Assembly (NCBI GenBank): GCA_030141605.1 | Contig: JAQGDQ010000063.1 | Location: 310,001 to 374,000 of the forward strand | Direction of reading: 5' to 3' | Origin: Tubiluchus corallicola | Lineage: Eukaryota > Animalia > Priapulida | DNA: 64,000 bases | Shown: positions 31,919 to 44,230 of the stretch, in pieces | Layout of the letters: each line of letters opens with the position of its first letter | Position numbering within the stretch: position 1 is the first letter of the stretch | The notes under the pieces: generated by a model | Told to the model about the DNA's origin: nothing | What the model saw: the letters and a program-made list of their open reading frames with translations, nothing else | Database searches by the model: none | Program-made: the position numbers and the translations under genes

Positions 31919-33504
31919 TCACTTAATTATCTTCGAAATTAACTTTCCAAAAATTCTGATATATTTAGTCACATTTCAAACTTTCCACTAGAATCCTTAC
32001 ACGCAGTCAGCCATTTTGAAGTCCAATTTCTTAAATGGTCAGGCAAGTTTCATCGATTGTTTTTCAGAACAACATCTTGCCAGTCACTTTTATAGTCTCC
32101 ACAACCAGTTGTTTATTGTCACTAATTTTAACATAAATCCTCCACTGTCTTTTAGGCAGTAGCCTTTCTAATGAATTTCCTAAAATTATTGTACGCAGTA
32201 ATCTCTTGCGACAGTATGCCCAGATTCTTCCAAAATCTTTGCACAGTCATTTCTTCAAATCAACATTTCGGATTATTTGCATACGTCTGAAGCCAGCCTT
32301 CCAGAATCCTTGTTTGTAGTTTTTCAATGATACTTTGCGAAACTAATTAAAAGATGCTACTTCGAGCGCACTGTTTTTAACATTTAGCAGTGTCTATGTT
32401 TAGCGGTGTCAAAAAAATGATAAAATTGGCTTGCGGTCCTGTTGATAGTCGTGCCTTTAAAGATAAGACTTAGACTTAGATTAATGGGCACTTACGTTTA
32501 ATTATTATAGAAATCTGACCATATACAACATCCTGCAATTGAAACATTTAAGTAAACGTCGTATGCCGTTACCTGACTCCCTAACGTGCACCCCTCTGTA
32601 CTAATTTTTTTAGTTTTGCTTATCAAGCACAAGTTTGATACGAATTTGAAACAGATTTTAATTTATTACTTTTATTCTGTTTTATACATTTACTAAAACC
32701 TTTTTATGTTTTCGCTGATAAAGTTGTATCCCTTGATTATGAACTATCCCTAATTCCCCACAGTTTCATTTATTTACTGTTATTAGTGTATTAAAGTCCT
32801 GCTATTGCCTACCAGTTTTACCTACAGTTAATGCTAGTAAAGCGTGATTGGCTTACTTTTGATAATCTAATAAACTAACAAAGATTTATTAAATGTCAAA
32901 TAATATATCATGCTGAAAATTTTGAAACATAGTCTATCTAAACTGGGTAAAGTCTAATAATTTGTGGTGCAGTATTAGTGTAAGCTGTTAACGTAAGTCA
33001 GTGTATTCTAGGCCTGATCTACACTGTTGTTGTACCATTCCCTCAGTAAGAATATTACCGTAACAATACTGCAACGATAAAGGTGTTGTAACGCCTTGCT
33101 AAGCATTAATAAATTAATTCGTTTTTTATAATTTTAAAGTCCCTTATACGAGAGTAAGTTTTTCTAAAAAAGAGCTGAAACACAAAAGAAACATTTGAAT
33201 TAAAATGCTAATCCGTTATCTTCACTTTTTTTTATTTTATTTTATTTTTACAAAAAATATATTTCATCTTAGCTTATTAATTTATTGTTTCAGTACGAGA
33301 CAAATTCGCAGAATCACAAGTCAGTCACTGGGCAGCATAAATATGATTAAAAAATTATGAATTAGGTTTATTAAAACACAGTTCCTAGAAAGAAACCACA
33401 TATTGATGTTTTACCACAGTGAATCACTGCGTGTTGCTGGACAACACGAAACCTTGCTTATATGCGTAGCGTAAAAAACATAATTCTCTGTCATTGTCTA
33501 AATG

Positions 33505-33652
33505 ATATATTATGTTATAGTACATTATATCATATGATGTCATGTCACGTCACATCATATCAGATCACATCATATCATATCATATCATATCATATCATCA
33601 CACCACATCGCATCACATCACATTATATCATATTTTATATCATATTATATTA
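33505..33652. repeat. (ATCAT/ATCAC/ATTAT)n pentanucleotide microsatellite
   Basis: Degenerate 5-bp periodic tract. Confidence 0.85.
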
Positions 33653-34849
33653 TTTAAGCACAAAAGTACAAAAATAGCACACAAAGAACAGAAAAAAGGT
33701 ATGTATAACGGTAGGTCTTTACTAGCATGCTAGGGCCAGGATCAAGGACTTAACCCCAAAACAGAAAACTGCTTGCTGGCACATAGTAGACAAATGAGTA
33801 AGGAAATATAAATAATCATTAAAAACAAGTTAAAATGTACAAAAATCAGACGTAAAACACATCCTTAAAAATAAAATAACTTAGTTGTTACAGTTTAAGT
33901 TGATTAAGAGTGAGACCATTCAGCAAATAAAACACGTTAAAATAATTGCAACACTAGCAACTAAGTAAAGACTTATTCTTTATTCATTAGTAATTTACGG
34001 CTTTGCCCTTAAATGCACATTCCTGCTTCCCTTACGCCGCTAACAAGCTCATTCTTTAATTCTTAAAGAGGGATATGCCAAATGACTTTTAATTTAAACA
34101 GAATGTAGAGACGAAGTTTCAAAGTATTACAAAATACAAAGACATAAGTACAATAAAAAAGAAACTAAGCCAGTTAGCCTTGCATTACAATAAACGAGCA
34201 AAAAAATATTAAGTCCCAATTGCATCTTTTAACTATGATTATAACCAAAAAATAGAGTAAAATTAACTAATATTACATTGATGTATAATATCGGTTTTGA
34301 CTACATTTGAATTAATTTTGACTGTGAAAATCTCATTGAGCTTTATAAAACTGGCCAGAAAAGAAAACATTTTGTTTTGTCCTTCATTAAGGTTAATCAA
34401 ATAGTTGTTCTTTATCTAACTCGCATAGCCATAAACTAAACTAAACAGCGTATTTTCTTTCAGCAACTCATAGACGTAAGCGTCGTGCATTTGTTCCTAT
34501 AAACGAAACTAGACTATATATTTCCACTAATTCACTTGCAATTTCAACTGACAATAATAAAATCTAGAACCAGGCCGATATTTCTCCCGCTGACTAATGA
34601 GAAGTTGAAAATTTTTCATAACAGTGTTAGACGGAGCTGTAGCTAAATGTCCCCAATGTACCTGCTGCAGGGGTGTGTGAAATAACTTGCACGCTGATTG
34701 AGCAGTCAATGAAAATGATTGACATTATGTTAGACATCAATTGCCCATAGCCAAGTTGTTTGGGGCGGTCTGAAAAACGCAAGTTTGTGGAGAAGGTCCA
34801 GTGATGGTTAACTCGACAAGAGAAATGGTTGTTAAGTGCTCGGAACCCA

Positions 34850-35221
34850 AATAAGACCGAGAACAAATCTCCGCCCCGTTTCAGGCTCCTTATTTCAAAA
34901 GCAACCGAAAAATCGTTGTACGTTTCTTTCCATTTCAACTCCCGCTAGCAGCCTAACAGGGAAATACTACACAAAGGATTTCGCATTGTCTCCAAGCATT
35001 TTTGTTGTGATAGCACGCTCCCATGTAAAGCCAAAAGCACGCCCTCATGATGACCTGCACGTTCTCTCGCAAGTTCTTGCGTAAGTGAACTCTCATTAAC
35101 TCTCTGAGAGTTTGCAATAACTTGCGAGAGAACTTGCAAAGGCGTTCACACTCGCGAGTTTACTCTCAGAGAGAACTTGTACAAGAGTTTGCGAGAGACA
35201 ACTCTTTAGTCTGAACGCGCG
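34850..35221 (-). mobile_element. Possible PIF/Harbinger left end with palindromic subterminal repeats and a decayed MADF/Myb-like ORF
   Basis: Minus strand starts TTA-CGCGCGTTCAGAC, a Harbinger-like terminus with TTA/TAA target. Perfect 15-bp inverted repeat GTTCTCTCGCAAGTT (35061-35075) / AACTTGCGAGAGAAC (35119-35133). Downstream translation CFW..CYHNKNAWRQ..LKWK weakly resembles MADF. Right end not found. Confidence 0.45.
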
Positions 35222-35490
35222 TAAGAATTGACCTGGCGACTATTATATACATACATCTTTTTGATACATCAGTACAGTACAAGTTGCTGAGCAAACTGCG
35301 CGTGTTTTTTCCGCTCTCTTGCTAGACTATAAATGCTGTACACAATCATGGTCTATTACTATACATTGCATAGTGAGCCAGTATGTATTGAGATCAAGTT
35401 TTGTTAGTACAACGCGATTATTTGATGATAGTCTATAATTGTCCCTTTTTGTAAATAAAATAAGTAAATTGGGATACAATTGAAGTTGAG

Positions 35491-37223
35491 ATGGAAACGC
35501 AATTAACCACGAATGCCATGCAAGCTGTTTCTGGCTTAAATCTTGATGCAGACCTTGTTAAAAAGTTACTTCAACCTGAATCATTTGAAGCTGTCAAGGT
35601 AATTATTAACATTTTCATGCAACCGATCATCTCTAAAACATGCGAGCAATCTTTGCTGGTGGTGATCGCATTTCTGCTGCTCTTAATGATAAAGTTATTA
35701 TTCTTGAATCTAAAGTTAATGATTTAGAACAATATTCAAGGCGTAGTTCGCTACGTTTTTATGGCTTCCCAGAATCGCATAACAAAAAGACGAACGATAT
35801 AATTATTGGCTATTTAGCTGAGGAGCTTGGCTATTGATGCTAGTGACATTGTTTGCTCGCACAGAATCAGCCGTAAATCCGAGAAAAAAACTTATCCGAG
35901 AGCTATTTTATGTAAGTTTGTCCGAAGAAACACTAAAAATCGTGTTATGTCTTCGAATAAGGATTTGATCAAGCATTCTCGTGAAAATAAGGCTCCTCTT
36001 TCTAAAGTAGTTACTGGAGAAGATCTAACTCCCACTAACTCAGGTCTGGTAAAGAAAGCCATTGCAATGAGGAACACCGAAAACCTTAGAGGTTAGAGGC
36101 TTGCGTGGAAACAGGCATTCTATAAAGACCATGACTGATCTTGAACGCATTGTTGGTGTGTCATGTGAGTCTGCTCACCACAAATCTATGCCGATTCTGG
36201 AACCAGTTACTGATCTATCGACTTCTCATCTTGTGCAAGATAGTGGAAAATCTAATCAACAGAAGATAGTTGCGTCAGCTGTTTGTTTTTGTTTTTTCTG
36301 TTCTTTTTTGTGTAAGCTGAGTGGTGGCTTATAGGGTACGTAGTTCAAACAGTTTGTTGTATTCTTTTTTTCCTATATTTTCAACTTTTGCGCCAATATC
36401 ACACCCATTTTGTATCATGTTAGGCCAAAACTCGTACTGTACTTCGCGCAGATGAAACCTCTCTTGGCCCATTCATATTCAACTAATCGCCTCTAAAATA
36501 TCACGTTCTTTTGGCTTAATGAGCAAACTAAAATACATGATTCCCCAGTTGATTTTACTAATTCTGTATCCTTCACTAGTAATGTCTCGTATGTCTTATC
36601 AGTTGTTGAACTAGGGTCAATCAGTAAACTGGGATAATAACAGAACGTTCAAGCTTAAAAAAAGCAATTATAGAACAGTGGCACGTGCTCCGTATCTCAC
36701 TCATACCAAAGCTGTTTTCCGCCAATTTAAAGTACTGAAGTTTGAACATTTATTTGCGGTTACAAAACTTAAATTTTATTTTAAATATTGCAATCATTTA
36801 TTACCTGCTTATTTACAGTTTTTACCTATAATGCGAGGAACTGATTACCATGAATACCCAACAAAAGCTAGAGAAAAACTATACATCCACCTAACTTACA
36901 TTTAATATTTTCAGATCGTACTTTGCCGTATATCATTTTTCTTTAGTTAATAATCTTCTAAATCATGTAACTAATGAGGTTCATGCTCATGGTTATAAAT
37001 CCTTCACCAAGCACTGTAAATTATTTTTCCATAATACTTATGAAATTGATATTAATCCATTTTTCTGTACAGCCACATCACACCCGACCATAAGATAATA
37101 GGCTTGTTTCTTTTCTTTCCTTTCTTCTTTCTTGTTCTTCACTCACTCACGCTCTCATTCATTCATGTAGTTATCATTCCTTTATTTTATTGTGTAATTC
37201 CGTCAAACACGGAATTAATCTCA
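35491..37223 (+). mobile_element. Internally deleted CR1/L2-group LINE: ORF1, then ORF2 C-terminus, then 3'UTR
   Basis: ORF1 motifs LESKVNDLEQYSRRSSLRFYGFPE, SHRI..PRAILCKFVRR and EDLTPTN (35491-36096, frameshifted). ORF2 tail KISRSFGLMSKLKY..VARAPYLTHTKAVFRQFKVLK..LLPAYLQ (~36490-37030). No endonuclease or RT core seen between them. Confidence 0.8.
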
Positions 37224-37440
37224 ATCCTAATGCCATCTATAATAGTTTAGTTTTCTGCTGTCCAATTTTCTGTAAAATAGTGTCACTAATTCCAAATAAC
37301 ATTAGCATTACTAATTACGTCAATATTATTAGGAGCTCCAAAGTGCTTAAAGACACCACTTGCAATTATATTTGTTGTAAATCGTTTTGCTATGCATATT
37401 TAGAAGATGCGGATTGTGGACTATTTCGCCCGTGGTCAAT

Positions 37441-37677
37441 TGCGCATGCGTTCGTTTGTTCTGAAGCCGGCAGAGATATTTTTGCTGGGTAACTACATTG
37501 TGTTGTTGATTTCAACATATTGTTGCTTCTTGTGCTAAAATAATGCTATAATAAGACATCATATTATTTTCCATAGGTTTAGGTTGTACGGGAACAAAAG
37601 TACATGCTTTGAATTTAATGCATCTCTGACGACTGAAGCATGAGCTCGAGATCTCGTGGATAAACCTAGTTATACAG
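37441..37677 (+). promoter_or_regulatory. Probable neurensin promoter and two 5'UTR exons (~37451-37488, 37577-37677)
   Basis: CpG-containing patch with TGCGCATGCG (NRF1/EWG-type site, 37441-37450), donor GG|gtaact at 37488, acceptor ttttccatag| at 37576 and donor CAG|gtatgt at 37677. The neurensin ATG is 2 nt after a strong acceptor (41019), so upstream non-coding exons are expected. Linkage is inferred. Confidence 0.55.
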
Positions 37678-37759
37678 GTATGTCCTTCAGCTGAACACGT
37701 CTATTTTTTGGTGTAATTATTACAGAATTTGTAAATACTGCGCAATATTTCATAGGCAA

Positions 37760-37762
<3 letters not shown>

Positions 37763-37817
<55 letters not shown>

Positions 37818-38453
37818 TATTACTAATTCAAAGTATACATTCACCATGCATATAGCACAATTGTACGAATGTTATGTGGGTTAGTAGTGAAGACTCAACT
37901 AGCATGCATGGGCAGCATGGTGACTAGTGAAACCTAATTACTTTGCCGCATAACGCAGATGTAATAGACAATTATATGCACGGAAGCCATTAATGCGGGT
38001 AAAGTCAAAGAAATTAAAATGATGGAAAGCATAGAATATAGATTCTCTTGATAGGTGTATTTCGCTACGTGCTAAAATACGTGCTTGTGGATATAATGAG
38101 ATTAATTCAGTGTTTGACGGAATTACACAATAAAATAAAGGAACGATAACTACATGAATGAATGAGAGCGTGAGTGAGTGAAGAACAAGAAAGAAGAAAG
38201 GAAGGCAGAAATGAAACAGGAAAGTAAGAAGGAAGAAAGGAAAGAAAAGAAACAAGCCTATTATCTTACGGTCGGGTGTCGTATGGCTGAACAGAAAAAT
38301 GGATTAATATAAGAGTAAAGTAACAAATGAGTGAAGAAAAGAATAGGTTATCAAATGTAAGGAAGAATCGCTGAAAATTCAAGGAACTAATGCATAAAAG
38401 ATATGAGTGAGGGTGTTAGAAGGAAACGAGGACAGAGAGTGAGAGAGTGCATG

Positions 38454-38523
<70 letters not shown>

Positions 38524-38570
38524 AGAGAAAGAGAGAATGATACTTTTAAACAACGTTTAAATTTCACTCT
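37763..38570 (-). mobile_element. Second, inverted copy of the LINE-associated 3' sequence with microsatellite tail
   Basis: 38097-38310 is the reverse complement of 37049-37223 with a ~38-bp indel. Includes (GA)n at 38461-38515 and ends on the minus strand in (CA)n(TA)n at 37763-37817. Confidence 0.6.
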
Positions 38571-39287
38571 TAATACAGCCAAGGACGGTAATTATTAATT
38601 ATAATTATGACTCTTATCTCTACATGTTTCTTTACCGTGACAGGAAATAAATCGTCAATGCGGCCTAACAGTAAAGGTATACTTGACACTTGCCGCTTGT
38701 CTATGCAGATTCCCTTTGATATTTCACTACATACGTGTGCTTTCTCCGTTATGCACGGCCCGGATAAAAGAACAACTTGACATCTCACCGCTATGATTCT
38801 ATCTAAATAAAAACTCGCTGGAACGTAAGATGCTGTAACTTTAAGACATAATGTGCTGTTTGTGCCACTGATTACTCACGGTACCCTGTTAACGCCACGT
38901 TTTAACGACTCTGTCTGTGAAAACATGAGACATAATTAAGACACGCACACGTGCACGCAGCCGCATGTCACGTTTTTGGGCTCACCAACGTTTGCACACA
39001 CAAATATATATATACTCAAGGCACAAAGCTAAAACGCGAAATTATTGCACTAATTTTACTACTACGTCACCTCTTCCTTTCCTTTTCAGTCACTCTATGG
39101 CCTTACAGCTTCGCTCCAGGCATGAAATGAAACGATATATCGCTAAGCAACTAGCTGCCTATATAGTGAATGGACTACACTTAATAGATATTAACCTTTT
39201 CTAAATTTCCTTAGGCTAGGCTACTGAAAAATATGACTGAACGATAAGCAGACTAACTGGCAACTCGTAATCAAGCTGGTCGCGTAT

Positions 39288-39450
39288 TTGGTCATTGGTC
39301 ACCTCCTCTACCTGCGTGAATAACCATTACTTGTAACTCTTTTTTATTGCAACTTGGTCATTGGTCACCTCTTCTACCTACGTGACTGATTAGCAACTTG
39401 TAAATCTTTTTTATTGCAACTTAGTCATTGGTCACCTCCTCTACCTACGC
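39288..39450. repeat. Tandem repeat, ~2.5 copies of a 66-67 bp unit
   Basis: TT(G/A)GTCATTGGTCACCTC(C/T)TCTACCT begins at 39288, 39354 and 39421. Confidence 0.8.
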
Positions 39451-41021
39451 AACTTTTCTGCTTGGACCAATTCTTATTAAACTTATAGTTGGGCTAGCCT
39501 AACAGTCATATCTTCCCATGTTGTATCGATTTTGAAAGCAATTACGTGAACGCACGTCGGCCATATCCGTGCTTAAATGGCTTCCTGATCTACAGTCAAT
39601 GACAAGCAAGTCAAAGCCACCTAGTATTATTGATTGCGTGTTAGCAAGGACAGTTTGTACGCGTGTGCTGCCGAGCAGTCGAATAAATAATCATGAAAGC
39701 TTGTCCGTCTAATCAGGTTAAGGAAGAGAAAGCATTTGAAACTGTAATTACTGTTAGATATATACAGGGTTTGCGGATTCCTTTCAAGCCCTAATCAGCT
39801 CAACTCGCCAATGCCGTCAGCAACGGTCGTTCCACAATTTACTATGATGAGCAAAATTCAGGCAAAACGTTGATTATATCTAATCAAGTGTCACTTTCCA
39901 GCAACAAATCTTGCAACAAATAAAATACGCTTGATGTTCATTCAGATGAACCAATGGAAAAATTGTATATTTCCTTCAGTCTTGTGTGGCTGCTTCTTGA
40001 TATACGTACGTGACACGCTTTAGAACATAGATTTTAAAGCTTAATTAGGATTTTTAAGCTCAAAATAATTTATATCATTTTAAAACGGCTGCTTACTAAT
40101 CGTAAATGTAATTTATAATTTCTAGGCTGGCTTGCATTGAATTTTTTTTTGATAACTTGAAAAATGGTTACCTATTAAAAATGTTCAAAGCCTCACAAGG
40201 ACGCGTGGTTTCCATGGACACATGGGTTTAGTCCAGTTTAATGACTTGGAGTTACAGCCTCTGCCAAGTAAAAAGTTAAGCGCAAAGGATCTAAATTTCT
40301 TACCTCGTCTAGTAGATGGAAATTGCAAGGCTGTGAGAGAAACAATAGGATTATCTATATTCCTGTCGTTAAACGTAAAAGACTGTGAGAGAAACAACAG
40401 AATTACCAATTTCAGTTAGTGAGCCGTTAGGTTTTTAATTCGACATATATATTCATATACAAACCGACTGTGTGATTTATTTGTTTGCTGCACATATATT
40501 ACGATTTCAGTGAAGATTAGTAGCATTAGGCAGTAGTACTAGTAGTTCATGTAGTTCCAAAGAACTTCAGGACACATGGTTTACAATACAAATTATAACA
40601 TGAAAATCAAGATCAATCATTCATAATTGATCGTAATTGTGAAAACAAGAAGTAATTCTTCGTGAAACATTTATTTTGACTTCCAACATACTTTCCAACA
40701 TATATAATATGCTGCTTTCCTAAGGAAAAGAATGCAGTTAACGGCCTACTATACATGTAATAACAATCACTAAATGGCCAGTACATTTACTTACGAAACA
40801 AAATGTGTTTTTATTTCTGACAAAATCTATGTTGCATTTTGAAAAATTGTATCATATACAAATATAATAAAGGTGCAAAATGTACACAAATATTTACAAC
40901 ATATACAAATGGAATCACAAAAAAAAAACAATAGAGTAGCCAGAATACAGAAAACTGACAGCAACTGTCAAACTGCTTTAATAGATAGTTTGATAGTTCA
41001 AGAGTTTTTTTCATTGCAGAC

Positions 41022-41825
41022 ATGGAAAGATCAGACACATCTGAAACACAACCCGAAACAGATGACCAACCTGCTGCTTCAGAAACAGGTGAGGAAGCAG
41101 ACAAAGAAGAAAATGATGTCGCAGACGATGGACGGCGTAAGCGCCGCAAATATAGAAAGACAACTTGGGCACCTGGAAAGCCATCACTAGAGAGCGTGAC
41201 AGAAGCAGATGGAGATGACGCTGCAGAGCCCACACAACCCTCAATTTGTCCAAATTTTGGAGTTCGTTCTTACATACATCATTTCTATGAATCAATGGCT
41301 GTGCGAAATCCTCACCTTTATGAAGAGTTGTCACGCGATGAGGAATTTCAGTACCTCATTAAACCACGACATCGTCGATGCAGTTCTATTTGGTGGAAGA
41401 TTGGATTATGGAGTGGATTTAACCTGCTGATATTTGGGTTAATAGCGATACTTGTAGGCTACCTGGTACCGGAGAGACCAGTAGTGATTGGCCATGTAAA
41501 AGATTATGAGATGATCAACAAAAATAATTTGGCTTTTAACACCAACCTTGACACTTGCAAGCTTGTTGGATTAATCGTTTTCTGTATCGGAGGATGCATG
41601 CTTGGCATTTCTCTCCTCTTCCCCAGCTTCTTACATCAGTGGTGTGAAGATGACGTTGTGGCATCTGAGCCATTCAAAATCTCTGCCCAAGATCCAGAGA
41701 AAGTGCCACTCAGCCCTACCGAGAAGAAAGTTCCAGCCACACCTGAAATGAAAAATATTCAGCCTGAGAGAGATATGAAGGAGGCCTGCATGGCAACCAA
41801 AGGTGGCATGTACACAGTTCCATAG
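41022..41825 (+). CDS. NRSN1: Neurensin-1-like vesicular membrane protein, 267 aa, single coding exon
   Basis: Neurensin motifs FGVRSYIHHFYE, SSIWWKIGL..G..L+.G+..+.VGYLVP and FNTNLDTCKLVGL++FCIGG. Two hydrophobic TM segments and an acidic N-terminus. Acceptor tttttcattgcag| just before the ATG. AATAAA at 42311. The NRSN1/NRSN2 split may not apply to an invertebrate. Confidence 0.9.
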   Translation: MERSDTSETQPETDDQPAASETGEEADKEENDVADDGRRKRRKYRKTTWAPGKPSLESVTEADGDDAAEPTQPSICPNFGVRSYIHHFYESMAVRNPHLYEELSRDEEFQYLIKPRHRRCSSIWWKIGLWSGFNLLIFGLIAILVGYLVPERPVVIGHVKDYEMINKNNLAFNTNLDTCKLVGLIVFCIGGCMLGISLLFPSFLHQWCEDDVVASEPFKISAQDPEKVPLSPTEKKVPATPEMKNIQPERDMKEACMATKGGMYTVP

Positions 41826-44011
41826 TCCTTGCAAAAAAGCAATCATTGACATTATAAGCAATTCTTGTACTCAGTGTTACAGCCACACTATATTAACAAT
41901 ACAGCCAATGCAGGTTGGAAAGTTGTAGGAACCCTGGTGTAATGCAGATGGTGATTGTGAAGATGCGGCTTAAAAATAATTTGATTTATATAATACGTTG
42001 AACTGTTTCGAAGTTCATGTTACACTAAATAATAATGTTTGAACCATGTTAATTGTTATACATGTGTTTAACAAAATCACATTCTTAGTCACTATCCAAC
42101 AAGAAAAACTGGATTTGGTATGGAACATTTGCATAACAAGTCCTTGAAGCCTTATTATATATGAGATGAAGATGACAGAAGCGTAAATGATCTAATATTG
42201 TTAAATTATGATTATTGAAATTTATTGTGAAACAAATTGTTGTATAATTGTTTGTAAAAATGTCAAAAGTTTCACTATTTATAAAGTATACAAGTGGTAT
42301 TGAATTAACCAATAAAATTGATCTTGTAATGTATATACCAACTTAAGATGTTCTGCATTATGTTCTTATCTTATTGTACAGGTAAGCTAAGTTGTGCTAC
42401 TCAAAGAGTATTTGGACAATAAGTTATTATCATTAATACAGTGCTTCAGTTTTTTTTCTGTCAACTACAATAATAAAGACGACTGTGATATTATATTCTT
42501 AAATCACATAAAGCAAAATTTCTACATTGTACGACAAGTCTGCTCTCTGTTGACATGATGGCTGATCAGTGGTTGACTTGCAGGACAACATTATGCTTAT
42601 AGGACTATACTAGCTAAGTGTGACGCTACTGAACTCTTGTGAGTTGTAGGAGAAAATTTCGAGTAAAACTCTTGCAACTTTCATACTTATAATTTCAAAA
42701 AACTACCACTAAATACTTGCAGGTTTAAAAGGTTATAAAATAAAATATAAAACATCACTTTTAGTACAATTTAAACCCTTAACGACCAAGGCCAAGCTGC
42801 AACAACAGTGAGTCTTTTTTAAAAGAAATCAAAATTCTCATGTCTTTGCAAATATTTGGTCCTTTAAACTTCATAATAAATGAAAAGAATTAAGGTGGAT
42901 GATACAACTTATATTATCTGGCACAAATTACACAGAGTAATAATGATAGTAATAACTTAGGAGTCTTTTCAACTTCAAAACTCAACAGACAACACAAACC
43001 ATGAGCCATGAGGCTTTAATCGCGACTGTAAATAACTAACCACACCTACATAGCAGAAATTATTGTCACCTAACTTTTTACCCTAAATGCCAAGCGCTGT
43101 CACACTATACCACCTTGTATATAATTATGGTAATACGATACATAGAATAAATATATAGTATATACAAAGTTATACAAAACACCTAAACAGATTAAAATTT
43201 ACAAAACAAGGACGTAAATAACAAATAAGAATGAATGTAGTAAAGTATGCCTGAAATACGAAAGAGACAAGTCTACACATAGGGCAACGAGATGCATTGC
43301 AATCAAATTTAGGCTTCAGGAGTTTCTTAATTCAATTATTGTCTGACACCCAAACTGACTCCCGAGTTTCACCAGAGCATATCATCATGGTGAACAATAG
43401 TAAAAAGTACAGCAGTAACTTCTGAAAGGAAAACATTAGCAGAAGAATTACAATTTTTTACTAGATAAAGTATTAAAGGAAACGTAAACCACCTGTGTGA
43501 GATGTTTCACAATCGCCTCATTGCATGATCATTGCAAATTAGTATCATATTAAGGCACTGAATTTTCGTACAAATGGTGTCCGTATATGGTTTGTGTGCC
43601 GATTGTCCCGATATTATGTGCTACAGATTTTAGGCAAAACATATAGACACACTGATTATACCTGTAGTGCTGTATTAAAAATTAATAATCTTACTGCAGT
43701 TATCTCCGCGATAAACCGAGTTCGGCCAAGACTCGTTTCTCGGTAGTACAAAAAAAATAAATAAATAAAACAATAAACAACCGAGCCTGTCTCGCGTCAA
43801 ATGTTACATAGTTTATGATAGTTAGCTTTAAAATGACCAATTGTTGACCGACTCAATTTGTTATAAATAATCGGTTTAGAAGATGGCTACCACAAACTGT
43901 GGGAAACAACATCGGAATCAGAATGTAAAGGCTTAGGTATTCAAATGAGATACTACATTTAATCGTCTCAGTGCCGAAGCGTACAAATCGATAGGTGTAC
44001 TGCAGTGCATT

Positions 44012-44230
44012 AGTTACCAAGAATTCCTAATAGCAAATTCTCCAGTACCAGAATTTTTTCGTACCAAAATTACCAGATGTAAATTTACTTGTACCAAACT
44101 TACTGTGCACCACTGAACCGGGTTGCTCAGCCTATGGGTTAAGAAAGTAGGTAAAAATGGTACAGGAAAAAATGGCATGGCAAAAATGGCACAGGAAAAA
44201 AATGGCGCAATGTTATTTCGAGGCAAACAA
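44012..44230. mobile_element. Termini of foldback/Mutator-like elements with ~15-bp tandem subrepeats
   Basis: 44012-44110 has TACCAAAATTAC-type periodic units. 44150-44212 has GG(T/A/C)AAAAATGG(C/T)A-type units four times. Such arrays are typical of DNA-transposon ends. Partner ends not identified. Confidence 0.4.

Noticed and set aside
40811-41430. Overlapping alternative-frame and antisense ORFs over neurensin
   Set aside because: Shadows of the GC-richer coding exon. The same applies to 48883-49227 over ECHDC1 and 28803-29198 over the orphan gene.
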